Positions 9,362 to 17,260 of a DNA stretch of 44,225 nt are shown here, one piece after another. Both the position numbers and the translations under genes were made by a program. How positions within the stretch are numbered: position 1 is the stretch's first letter; each line of letters starts with the position of its first letter. The stretch spans positions 32,061-76,285 of the forward strand of contig CAYGBO010000001.1 of NCBI GenBank assembly GCA_964348145.1. The letters run 5' to 3'. The notes under the pieces are model-generated. The model worked only from the letters and a program-made list of their open reading frames with translations. It did not search any database and was not told the DNA's origin. Source of the DNA: an uncultured Methanomassiliicoccales archaeon. Its GTDB lineage: Archaea > Thermoplasmatota > Thermoplasmata > RBG-16-68-12.

Positions 9362-10138
9362 ATGGTGAAACGTGACGATGCGGCCCGCAAGCTCCTCCTG
9401 TGGGAACTCGAGGGCCGTGGCGGCCTTGTAATGGAGGCGATGCTGCGGCATCCCGATCTGAACTTGGCCGAAGCCGTCGACTTGATCGAACAGGAGAACC
9501 CGAATCTCTCGTCCCAGGGAGCGTCGCCCGAGGAGGGACCCATGGCTGAGAGCCCCAAACCGCGCCCCACATCCGAGCTGGAGGCCCTTGAGCAGGAGTT
9601 CAAGACGTTCCGCCACCTCCTTCCTCCCGCCGAGGCGAAGGAGATGGAGGCCCGACTACGGGAGATCGCGCGCTCCCGGGATCGAGCCGCGATCGTGGCG
9701 ATGCGTCGTCGGCTGCGGGCGTTGTCTCTCCAGGCTGCGTTCTGGTCTGAATTCGCCTCGCCCCGCAGGGAGTCGAACGCCATGGCCCTCGTGATTCTCA
9801 GCCGCGGGGGCGATGTCCTCGCGAAGAGCGGGGAGACGTCGTACCTCGAGCAAGACTCCGTCGTCGCGTCGATTCGGAGGGAGTCGGGTCGGCAGTCCCA
9901 GGGCACCTATGTGATGCACCTGCCCGTCGGACGTCTCGTCCTCATGAACGGGAAGAGCACCTCCATTGCCGCCCTCTTCCGCCGGGCGCCCGGGAAGGAC
10001 GTTGTGTCCGTCCTCACAAAGACCGTCGAGGCGATCGAGGAGAACCGGGCCGTCGCCTCGAGGACCTTCGGGGACAACCGGCTGGGGGCGAAGTACGCAG
10101 AGGCTCTCCTGAAGCTTCTTCAGAAGACCTCACTCTGA
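9362..10138 (+). CDS. hypothetical protein with helical N-terminal half and putative Roadblock/LC7-like C-terminal domain
   Basis: ATG at 9362 (MVKRDD...). The upstream part of ORF 9101..10138 overlaps the KaiC-2 gene. The C-terminal MALVILSRGGDVLAKSGE...DSVVASIRRE...GTYVMHLPVGRLVLMNGKSTSIAALFRRAPGKDVV resembles the beta-alpha-beta pattern of Roadblock/MglB domains. This is pattern recognition only. Confidence 0.55.
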   Translation: MVKRDDAARKLLLWELEGRGGLVMEAMLRHPDLNLAEAVDLIEQENPNLSSQGASPEEGPMAESPKPRPTSELEALEQEFKTFRHLLPPAEAKEMEARLREIARSRDRAAIVAMRRRLRALSLQAAFWSEFASPRRESNAMALVILSRGGDVLAKSGETSYLEQDSVVASIRRESGRQSQGTYVMHLPVGRLVLMNGKSTSIAALFRRAPGKDVVSVLTKTVEAIEENRAVASRTFGDNRLGAKYAEALLKLLQKTSL

Positions 10139-10831
10139 GATCGCCCGGGTGATTTGGAAGCGGCCATTCTCTCGGATGAGGGCAAAGTACCCCTGCTCGT
10201 GGTGGGTCCGGCGCATCTTCACACAGCGGAGACGCAGCTGGACGTCCGTCTCTCCCTTCTCGAAGTGGCGCATATACAGGATGCCGTCGGAGAGGAACTC
10301 CTCATCGTACCGGCCCAGGCGGCCATTGCCCCCCATCGCCACTTCGGAGATGAGAAAGGTCGTTGCCTCGAGGGAACGGAGGAAGCCGAAGAAGTGGAAC
10401 AGGTCTCTGCGAGGATGCTCGAGCCGCGTCAGGCTGTACAAGGCCGCGAGGCTGTCCAGAGCGACGAGGTCGAAGCCGTTGATGCGTACCCGCTGCTCGA
10501 TGTACTTCTGCAGGATGTCGAGCCAGTTCTTGGACAGTTCCTCATCCTTGTGCTCAAGCCGGATCTTCCCGATGTCAAGGATGTACAGCTCGAGGTCGTC
10601 CAGGTCTCCCATGCCGAGTTCTGTCATCGCGGCCCGCAGATCCTCTTGGCTCTCCTCGAGGGAGATGTAGAGGGCCTTGGCGCCCGCCTTGGCATTCTCG
10701 TAGAGGATTGAGAACGTCAGCGCCGTTTTCATCGTTCCCGGCGTGCCAGAAACGAGGACGACGGAACCTCTCGGGATGCCGCCTTCGAGAGCCTTGTCAA
10801 AGCCTTCAACGTGGGTCTGAACGCGATCCAT
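10130..10831 (-). CDS. KaiC/RadA-like single-domain ATPase paralogue 3
   Basis: THVEGFDKALEGGIPRGSVVLVSGTPGTMKTAL, YISLEES, Walker B LVALDSLAAL, RCVKMRRTHHE. Its 3' end overlaps the convergent gene 9362..10138 by 9 nt. CTATAATA at 10861-10868 lies about 34 nt upstream of the start. Confidence 0.85.
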   Translation of the reverse strand: MDRVQTHVEGFDKALEGGIPRGSVVLVSGTPGTMKTALTFSILYENAKAGAKALYISLEESQEDLRAAMTELGMGDLDDLELYILDIGKIRLEHKDEELSKNWLDILQKYIEQRVRINGFDLVALDSLAALYSLTRLEHPRRDLFHFFGFLRSLEATTFLISEVAMGGNGRLGRYDEEFLSDGILYMRHFEKGETDVQLRLRCVKMRRTHHEQGYFALIRENGRFQITRAISE

Positions 10832-10944
10832 GGGGCGACGGGCGAACGAGCCGGCTCGCGCTATAATAGAATGACGTGAAGATTATCAAGGTCGATAGTG
10901 CCCATCAGCGATCCCGCGGGCTCCCTAGGCGGCTGTCGGAGTTA

Positions 10945-10953
10945 GCTATATCC
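10945..10953 (+). promoter_or_regulatory. TATA-like box for carS (implies a leaderless mRNA)
   Basis: GCTATATCC is centred about 28 nt upstream of the TTG start at 10977. Confidence 0.45.
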
Positions 10954-10976
10954 GACCCACGTCCTTTCGCACCACG

Positions 10977-11531
10977 TTGGCCCTCGAGGCGATCCCTCAA
11001 GCTCTCTGGTTCTTCCTGCCCGCCTACGTGGCGAATCCGATGGCCGTCGTCTTCGGGGGTGGCCTCCCGATCGACTTCGGGCGAAGCCTCCGGGACGGTG
11101 GGCGGCTTTTCGGGGACGGTAAGACATGGCGAGGCTTGGTAGGCGGCGTCGCGTCGGGCGCGATCCTCGGTCTCGCTCTTTCGACGTTTGCGGACGGCCT
11201 TGCACCGCCATGGTCCTTCGGCTCCTCGGCGACCGCCCTCGGGATGTCCACCCTCCTCGCCCTGGGCGCTCTCCTGGGGGACCTGGGGGGCTCCTTCATC
11301 AAGCGCCGCCTGGGGAAGCCCCGGGGAGCGCGAACCCCCCTGTTGGATCAGTACGACTTCGTCGTGGGGGCCCTCCTTGCCGCCGCCCTCGTGCCTTCCT
11401 GGGCCGATCCGCGTTTCTTTCAAGGTGACGCCCTCCTCGGCCTCGTCGCCATCATCTTCATTACGCCCGCTCTGCATCGCGCGGTGAACGTCCTCGGCTA
11501 TCGGATTGGGAAGAAGCATGAGCCTTGGTGA
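10977..11531 (+). CDS. carS: CDP-archaeol synthase
   Basis: FFLPAYVANPMAVVFGGGLPIDFG...DGGRLFGDGKTWRGLVGGV...LGDLGGSFIKRRLG is the CarS (DUF46) pattern. It is a multi-pass membrane protein. Confidence 0.85.
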   Translation: MALEAIPQALWFFLPAYVANPMAVVFGGGLPIDFGRSLRDGGRLFGDGKTWRGLVGGVASGAILGLALSTFADGLAPPWSFGSSATALGMSTLLALGALLGDLGGSFIKRRLGKPRGARTPLLDQYDFVVGALLAAALVPSWADPRFFQGDALLGLVAIIFITPALHRAVNVLGYRIGKKHEPW

Positions 11532-12057
11532 CCTGAATCGGCCCGCTCTTGTCGAGGCGCTCCGGACCTGCGGCGCCCTCCGGCTAGGTACGTTCACCCT
11601 GGCGTCGGGCAAGACGTCGACGTATTACGTGGATGTGAAGCGGGCGGTCACGCGTCCCGACATACTTCGGACGATCGCGGACGCCATGGCGCCCTACGCG
11701 AAGGATGCGGATCGGATTGCGGGCGTGGAGCTAGGCGCCGTGCCCATCGCCGCCGCCCTGAGCCTCGTGTGCGGGAAACCCTACGTGATCGTGCGGAAGC
11801 GGACCAAGGAGCACGGCACGAAGAAGGAATTCGAGGGCGAGCTGGTCCGAGGCGATCGGGTCCTTTTCGTCGAGGACGTCGTCACGACCGCGGGCACCCT
11901 GCGCGGTGCTATCGGGCGCCTGCGCGCCCACGGCGCGGTCGTGGACAAGGTCGTCGCGGTCGTAGACCGGGAAGAGGGAGGTCGCATGGCCCTCGCGGAG
12001 CTTGGGGTGCGGCTTGACGCGCTCCTCCGGGGGAAGGATCTCCTCGAAGGAGCATGA
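11518..12057 (+). CDS. pyrE: orotate phosphoribosyltransferase-like PRTase
   Basis: GALRLGTFTLASGKTSTYYVD..., the PRPP loop VLFVEDVVTTAGTL, and a size typical of archaeal PyrE. The ATG at 11518 overlaps the carS stop. The TTG at 11506 is an alternative start. Confidence 0.8.
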   Translation: MSLGDLNRPALVEALRTCGALRLGTFTLASGKTSTYYVDVKRAVTRPDILRTIADAMAPYAKDADRIAGVELGAVPIAAALSLVCGKPYVIVRKRTKEHGTKKEFEGELVRGDRVLFVEDVVTTAGTLRGAIGRLRAHGAVVDKVVAVVDREEGGRMALAELGVRLDALLRGKDLLEGA

Positions 12058-12147
12058 AGTCGGACGCCGAACACTTTCGGGCAACTCTCCCCGGCGGTCC
12101 CTGATATAACCTGAGCGTCCTCGGAGGCAGGCTCCGCGAGGCCTTCG

Positions 12148-13383
12148 ATGCTTGGAACCGCCGTCCCGAAGGAGGCCACCCCAAAGGTCCCGAGGGCGCT
12201 CACTGTAACGGAACTCGCGCGTATCCTGCGAGACACCATTCAATCAAATCCTCTCCTGTCCCGCATCCTGGTGCGCGGCGAGGCAAGCAACGTCGTGCGC
12301 ACGCCCGCGGGTCATCTGTTCTTCACCCTCAAGGACGCGACGGCCCAGGTGGCGTGTGCGATTTTCCGCGACGAAGCTGAATCGCTCTCCTTCGATCTCG
12401 AGGATGGGATGGAGGTCGTGGCCTCGGGGGACGTGGACCTGTACGCGCGCCGAGGCGAGGTGCAGCTCGTCGCGCGTGTCCTCACCCCGATTGGCACGGG
12501 GGCATTCTGGGCGTCATTCCAGAAGACTCGCAGGAAGCTGCAGGCGGAGGGCATCTTCGACCCGAGTCGAAAACGCCCCCTCCCCCCTTTTCCACGACGC
12601 GTCGGCATCGTGACCTCTGAGGCGGGTGCCGTCGTCCATGACATCGTCACGATCCTTCGGCGAAGATATCCCCTTGCGTCCGTCGTCGTGGCGCCCGCCC
12701 GTGTGCAGGGATCTGAGGCACCGGCGAGTCTCCGGAAGGCGCTCCTTAGTCTCGAAGGTCGGGTCGACGTGATCATCCTGGCCCGTGGGGGCGGCTCGCT
12801 CGAGGACCTGTGGTGCTTCAATGACGAGGCCCTTGCGCGGGCCGTGGCCGACTGTCCCGCTCCGGTCGTGAGCGCGGTGGGGCACGAGACGGATGTGACC
12901 ATTGTCGACTTCGCGGCCGATATTCGAGCCCCGACGCCCAGCGCGGCCGCGGAACTTGTGACCCCGGAAGCGACGGAACTTACGGTCCGAATCCGTTCCG
13001 CGAGAGGAGACCTCATTGATGCCCTGCAAGATCACTTCCGGGAATGGGCGACCGCTCTCGCCCGCTTGAGCGACCGATTATCGCCCCTCGGAATGCGGCG
13101 AGATCTCGCGTCGAACCGCATCCGCACACGAGCCCTCGGCGAGACCCTGACGAGGTCGGGTCGTCGGGAGCTCGCACGCTGTCGCGAGGGCCTTCGGTCG
13201 CTGGGAGAGCGTCTCGAGGTCCTCGGCCCGATGGCGACGCTGAGGCGAGGGTACGCCATTGTGATGCGGCCCGATGGCACGGTCGTTGCACGAGCCGGCG
13301 AGGTCCGGCGGAACGAGCGCCTCATCGTGCGCCTCCAGGACGGCCGACTTCATGTTCGCGTAGACCAAAAGGAGGTATCATAA
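12148..13383 (+). CDS. xseA: exodeoxyribonuclease VII large subunit
   Basis: LTVTELARILRDTIQ..., an OB-fold region, RVGIVTSEAGAVVHDI, ILARGGGSLEDLWCFNDE, VSAVGHETDVTIVDFAADIRAPTPSAAAELV. Confidence 0.85.
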   Translation: MLGTAVPKEATPKVPRALTVTELARILRDTIQSNPLLSRILVRGEASNVVRTPAGHLFFTLKDATAQVACAIFRDEAESLSFDLEDGMEVVASGDVDLYARRGEVQLVARVLTPIGTGAFWASFQKTRRKLQAEGIFDPSRKRPLPPFPRRVGIVTSEAGAVVHDIVTILRRRYPLASVVVAPARVQGSEAPASLRKALLSLEGRVDVIILARGGGSLEDLWCFNDEALARAVADCPAPVVSAVGHETDVTIVDFAADIRAPTPSAAAELVTPEATELTVRIRSARGDLIDALQDHFREWATALARLSDRLSPLGMRRDLASNRIRTRALGETLTRSGRRELARCREGLRSLGERLEVLGPMATLRRGYAIVMRPDGTVVARAGEVRRNERLIVRLQDGRLHVRVDQKEVS

Positions 13384-13604
13384 CGGACGAAGCGTCGTTT
13401 GAGGAAACCCTTGAAGCCCTTGAGGCGAAGGTCGAGGCCCTCTCTCGCGGCGACCTGCCGCTGGACCAGGCCCTGGCCACCTTCGAGGAAGGACTCGACC
13501 TCTATCGCCGGTGCCACACCATGCTGACGGCGGCAGAGCAGCGCGTGACCAAGCTCATCGCCACGGTCGACGGCATCAGCGAGGAACCCCTTCCGGTCGA
13601 GTGA
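13380..13604 (+). CDS. xseB: exodeoxyribonuclease VII small subunit (non-canonical start codon)
   Basis: ASFEETLEALEAKVEALSRGDLPLDQALATFEEGLDLYRRCHTMLTAAEQRVTKL matches XseB. There is no in-frame ATG/GTG/TTG between the upstream overlap with xseA and the conserved SFEE helix. AAGGAGGT at 13369-13376 precedes ATC (13377), ATA (13380) and ACG (13383). The exact start is uncertain. Confidence 0.7.
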   Translation: MTDEASFEETLEALEAKVEALSRGDLPLDQALATFEEGLDLYRRCHTMLTAAEQRVTKLIATVDGISEEPLPVE

Positions 13605-13606
13605 AG

Positions 13607-16600
13607 TCAACTCGCGTCGGGATCGTCCGGAGGGGGCTCCCCCTCGTCCCCCCATACGGTCCACCGTCGCGTGTATCCAACGCCGCCTCGGGCCTGGCTG
13701 TGCCCCTCCCCTCGTCTCGCATCTCGAACGTCGACGTCCACCCTGGGTCCGGGAGCTGTGACGTCGGAAAGATCCTTGCACATCGCGACCAGCCTCTCCT
13801 CGGTGTATCCAAAAGGAGACAAGAGGGTCTGTCCCGCGCGGCATAACAGACGCACGTACTCCCACACATCTGGCTCCTCGTTGCCCTCGAGGAACTCCGC
13901 GACGCGTACCTTGCGCCACGACTCTCGCGACCGCGCGTCGAGCAACACGTACCGCACGGTCTCCCCGGGCTCGACCGTGTACCCGCGGTCCGCGAGCTGC
14001 TTTAAGGCTGCGGCGGTCGCCGTGAGGACGACGTATTCCGGGAGGGCACGGGACACGTTCTTCGTGAGGATGAACTCGTGCACTGGGATTGCACGGTCGA
14101 AGACGCGCTTCGCGGTCCACCGCAGGATGTTCACGACGCTCGGAATGCGCTCGCGGAACTCCGTCGCGCTCGACGCGAGGCTGAGTTCCTGAAGCATCGC
14201 CTCCTGGGCGATGTTGATGAACTCAGGGGTGTCGTGCTTCCGCAGCTCGATTCCGCGGAGCTTGAACTCCCCGTGCTCGAAGAGGCCATAGTACCGGTTC
14301 AGAGCCCCGACACCTGTCGTCTTGCACGGGAGGAACACGATCCACTTGTAGCGGCCTTCGAGTTCAATGAGCAGGCCAATGGAACCCGCGATGTGCTCGC
14401 GGACCTTCTCGATGGGGTCCGCACCCGGCTTGGACCGGAGCCACACGGAGTCCACGATGCCATGGACGACCTCGTAGCCGTGGGACTCCGCGATTTCCAT
14501 CGTGCGCACGAGGATGTCCCGCGCGTACGCATTGATTGCCTCGTGGCACTCGATGCGGCCGAAGCGAGCGTTGGAGTATCCGGTATATCCGAAAGCAGTT
14601 GTGGGTCCAGATCCCTCCCTCGATGGCGAAACCCGGCCATGCGCCATCCACTTTGAAGCAGTAGACGAAATCGCTCTGCGGTCTCGTCCTCCTGACACGT
14701 TCCACTCTCGCGGTGAAGAGGCCTGGGCTCTCTCCATTGACGCGAGGATTCCCGAGGAGGGGCACGCAATTCCCCACCTCGAGTTCCGAGGCTTGCTTCA
14801 CTTCAAGCCTGCGGTCGCGAATGACATAGCACGGGTGGTCTTCCGTGAAGAGAACCTCATCGTCGTTCGAGAAACGGACGGCTACCATTTCCTCGGGAGC
14901 GTCGAAGCGGAAGAACCTCTGAACGGAAACGTCAACCGGTCGGAAGGCTGGACTCAGCCCAAGAGCGCTGAGTCCGTCGGGAGCGAGCCCTGAACCCGTC
15001 CCGGAAAAATACGGATCCACCACCTTTTGAATCTCATCGACACGGAATTCTCCATTCTGCCTGTACGGGACGAGCGTGTTGCCATCGAGACACGTGACGA
15101 GGAGCCACTTTAGGATCGTATCTCGTCCCTGATAGACCCCTTGGAGCGGTCCCGGTTCTTTTTTCATTCGCTTGTAATAGCGCCGTCGTTCGATGACCGG
15201 TTTCAGGACTCGGGGGATGAGTCCGATTCGGCGCGTGCAAAGATGGTAGGTCAGCTCGGGGATGGGCAATCCGTCTGCCGTACAGCATGCGCAGTCCAAC
15301 GTTTCCGGCGAGACGTTGTATTTCACCATGATGCTGGGATACAACGCGGAGAAGTCGAGTTCGTAGAGGCCCTCGTGCAACCCCACTTCGGGCTCGAAGA
15401 TGAAGCCGCCTCGGTCACCCCGCAGGAGGTCCTCGGCATTCTTGAAATCCTCTGGGCGGTTCTTCTTCCACAGGACAAGGCATCCATCATCGTACGCTTG
15501 GTTCACCTGCATGGCCGTGATTGCCGTCCCCGGCGTGAGCCGTGCCTGCTCTTGCGGTGTCAGCGTGGAGAGGCGTGATAGTTCCGCGAGTCCTGCGAAA
15601 TCACTCTCCCGATACGCGAAGTGCCCGCGATCGAGATGCAGCCGTCCGCGCAAGATGTACTGCCCCGGCTTGTAGACGATTTTCCCGTACGTGAAGTAGG
15701 ACTTCGCCTTGCGTTCTGCGAACCGATCGCGGTCCCGTCCGAGCTGCAAGTCCACCCCGAGTCCTGCGGCCTTCCGCGCAAGGTAGGGCATCGTGAACGC
15801 GTCCCCGCCGTCCGTCAGGAGGACGTCGGGATCCTTCGAGCGCACGAGTTCCTCGATCCCCTTCAGGATGGACTCCTCATCTCCGTCGACCTCGTCGTCG
15901 TCCACGTGGGCCCCGAGGAGGCGGTCGATCATGCGCGGGATGCCCATCGGGTTGTGCACGTGGAGATCCAAGAGGGATTTCCGTAGGGAAGGGAGGGGAT
16001 AATCGAGGGCGAAATGTTCCTCCTCCGGCGCCCATCGTCCGTTCGCGTAACGCACGAGACCCATCGGGAAAATCCCGTGCTCCATCGCATACCGCTGGCT
16101 GAACCTCAGGTCCACGTTGAACAGCCGGTGGTCCACGTAGCCACCGTTCGAGTCGAGGATGTGCGCGACCCCGCGAATATCACGGTAGTGCCGCGGGACG
16201 ATCTCCAGGACCGGTGAAGGCTCGTCGTCCTCAAGGGCGATTCGTCGGGCGATTTCGCGGACCTCGCGCACGCCGTCGAGGATTTCGATCCGCCGCCGGA
16301 TCGCGGGTAGCTCGGAAGGCGTTGCATGGAGGAAAAACGTCGGCACGAACCGCGAATCCTCGATGCGGTGGGCCCTGGACTCGTTCCAGAGCCAGAGGAC
16401 CATCGAATCGCGGTCGTAATCCCCGTAGGCGTCGATGATCCAGCCGTGCGTGAGATCTCCCCCGTCCCCACGACGAGGGACCCGCGCCTCTTGGACCCAT
16501 GCCGGGGAGGGGACCGTGAAAGTACGCGCGAGGCGGGCCTCATGGGACGTGATCACCCTGCGCGCCCCCACGGCGATCCCGCGCCACCCGTACCACCGCC

Positions 16601-16658
16601 GGAGCCTCCCAGCGCAGAGGGAACCGGAGAGCCAACGAGATTTCCACGCGCAGTCCAT
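13607..16658 (-). CDS. polB: family B DNA polymerase, divergent (PolB2-like), intein-containing, split into two ORFs by a 1-nt frame change
   Basis: ORF 14364..16658 carries the N-terminal and exo region, motif A (DFSALYPSIM) and KWLLVT followed by the intein. ORF 13607..14737 continues FGYTGYSNARFG...HGIVDSVW...PGAD...RGIELRKHDTPEF. The start is uncertain: ATG at 16658, or GTG at 16571 or 16556. Confidence 0.8.
14598..15092 (-). mobile_element. 165-aa mini-intein (no homing-endonuclease domain) in the K-x3-NS-x-YG region of PolB
   Basis: It starts CLDGNTLV immediately after KWLLVT, has block B LFTEDHPCYV (TxxH), and ends GFAIEGGIWTHN followed by Cys. The flanks rejoin to KWLLVT-CFGYTGY, equivalent to K.LANS-.YGY.G. 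Confidence 0.8.
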
Positions 16659-16833
16659 CGATCCGTGTCGCCTTCTCCTCCCGTCCCTTCTGGCCCATGT
16701 GCTGGATCCCTTGACACCGCTCGTACGCGATGATCTCCATCGTCTCGAGGGACTCCTCTGTCTCGAGCGCCCGGAGGCTTCCTCGAAGGGCTGGTTCTCC
16801 GGGCCTGCGCGCTCGCGAAATCAGGAGGCTCCT

Positions 16834-17229
16834 CTATCCTTTCCCGAGCCGCCGGATCACGTCGCTGAAGCTCTCTCCCTCCCTCCTCTCTTGCGAGAGC
16901 ATTTCATAGACATCGTCGGCCACGACGATGTTCTTCATCATCCCGTGCTGTGTGTCCGTATCCATCCGCATCTCCCTCTTGTCCTGGATATCCTTCTCCG
17001 TCTCGAGGAGGATCGACAGGATCGCGAGGACCGTCGGATCCATGTGGGCGCAGTAGCTCGCCGCGCTCGCGTGCTGCCTCGCCTTGGCCAGAAGGCGGTC
17101 GAACGCCCCCCGATCCTTCTCCCGCAGGGCACGCCGGTAGTCCATCCAGTCGTTCAGGATCGACTCGAGGTGCAGGCGGTACGTCGGGACGGTCCGGCCC
17201 ATGATTCTCTCACACAGAGTCCTCGGCAT
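16834..17229 (-). CDS. hypothetical protein with C-terminal VapB/COG1753-like antitoxin-type module
   Basis: 131 aa. The C-terminal MMKNIVVADDVYEMLSQERREGESFSDVIRRLGKG resembles small archaeal ribbon-type antitoxins (..I.I.DEVYE.L...K...ESFSDVI..L). I recognise nothing in the helical N-terminal 95 aa. Confidence 0.6.
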   Translation of the reverse strand: MPRTLCERIMGRTVPTYRLHLESILNDWMDYRRALREKDRGAFDRLLAKARQHASAASYCAHMDPTVLAILSILLETEKDIQDKREMRMDTDTQHGMMKNIVVADDVYEMLSQERREGESFSDVIRRLGKG

Positions 17230-17260
17230 AAGACGCGATGCGGGGGAGGGAGCCGCGAAA

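Noticed and set aside
16540-16740. A 66-aa minus-strand ORF (MEIIAYERCQGIQHMGQKGREEKATRIDGLRVEISL...) upstream of polB and overlapping its possible start.
   Set aside because: It has no recognisable motif or promoter, and its composition is not clearly distinguishable from the overlapping polB frame. It might be a coupled upstream ORF, but I cannot support it from sequence alone. It mainly shows that the polB start (16658, 16571 or 16556) is uncertain.
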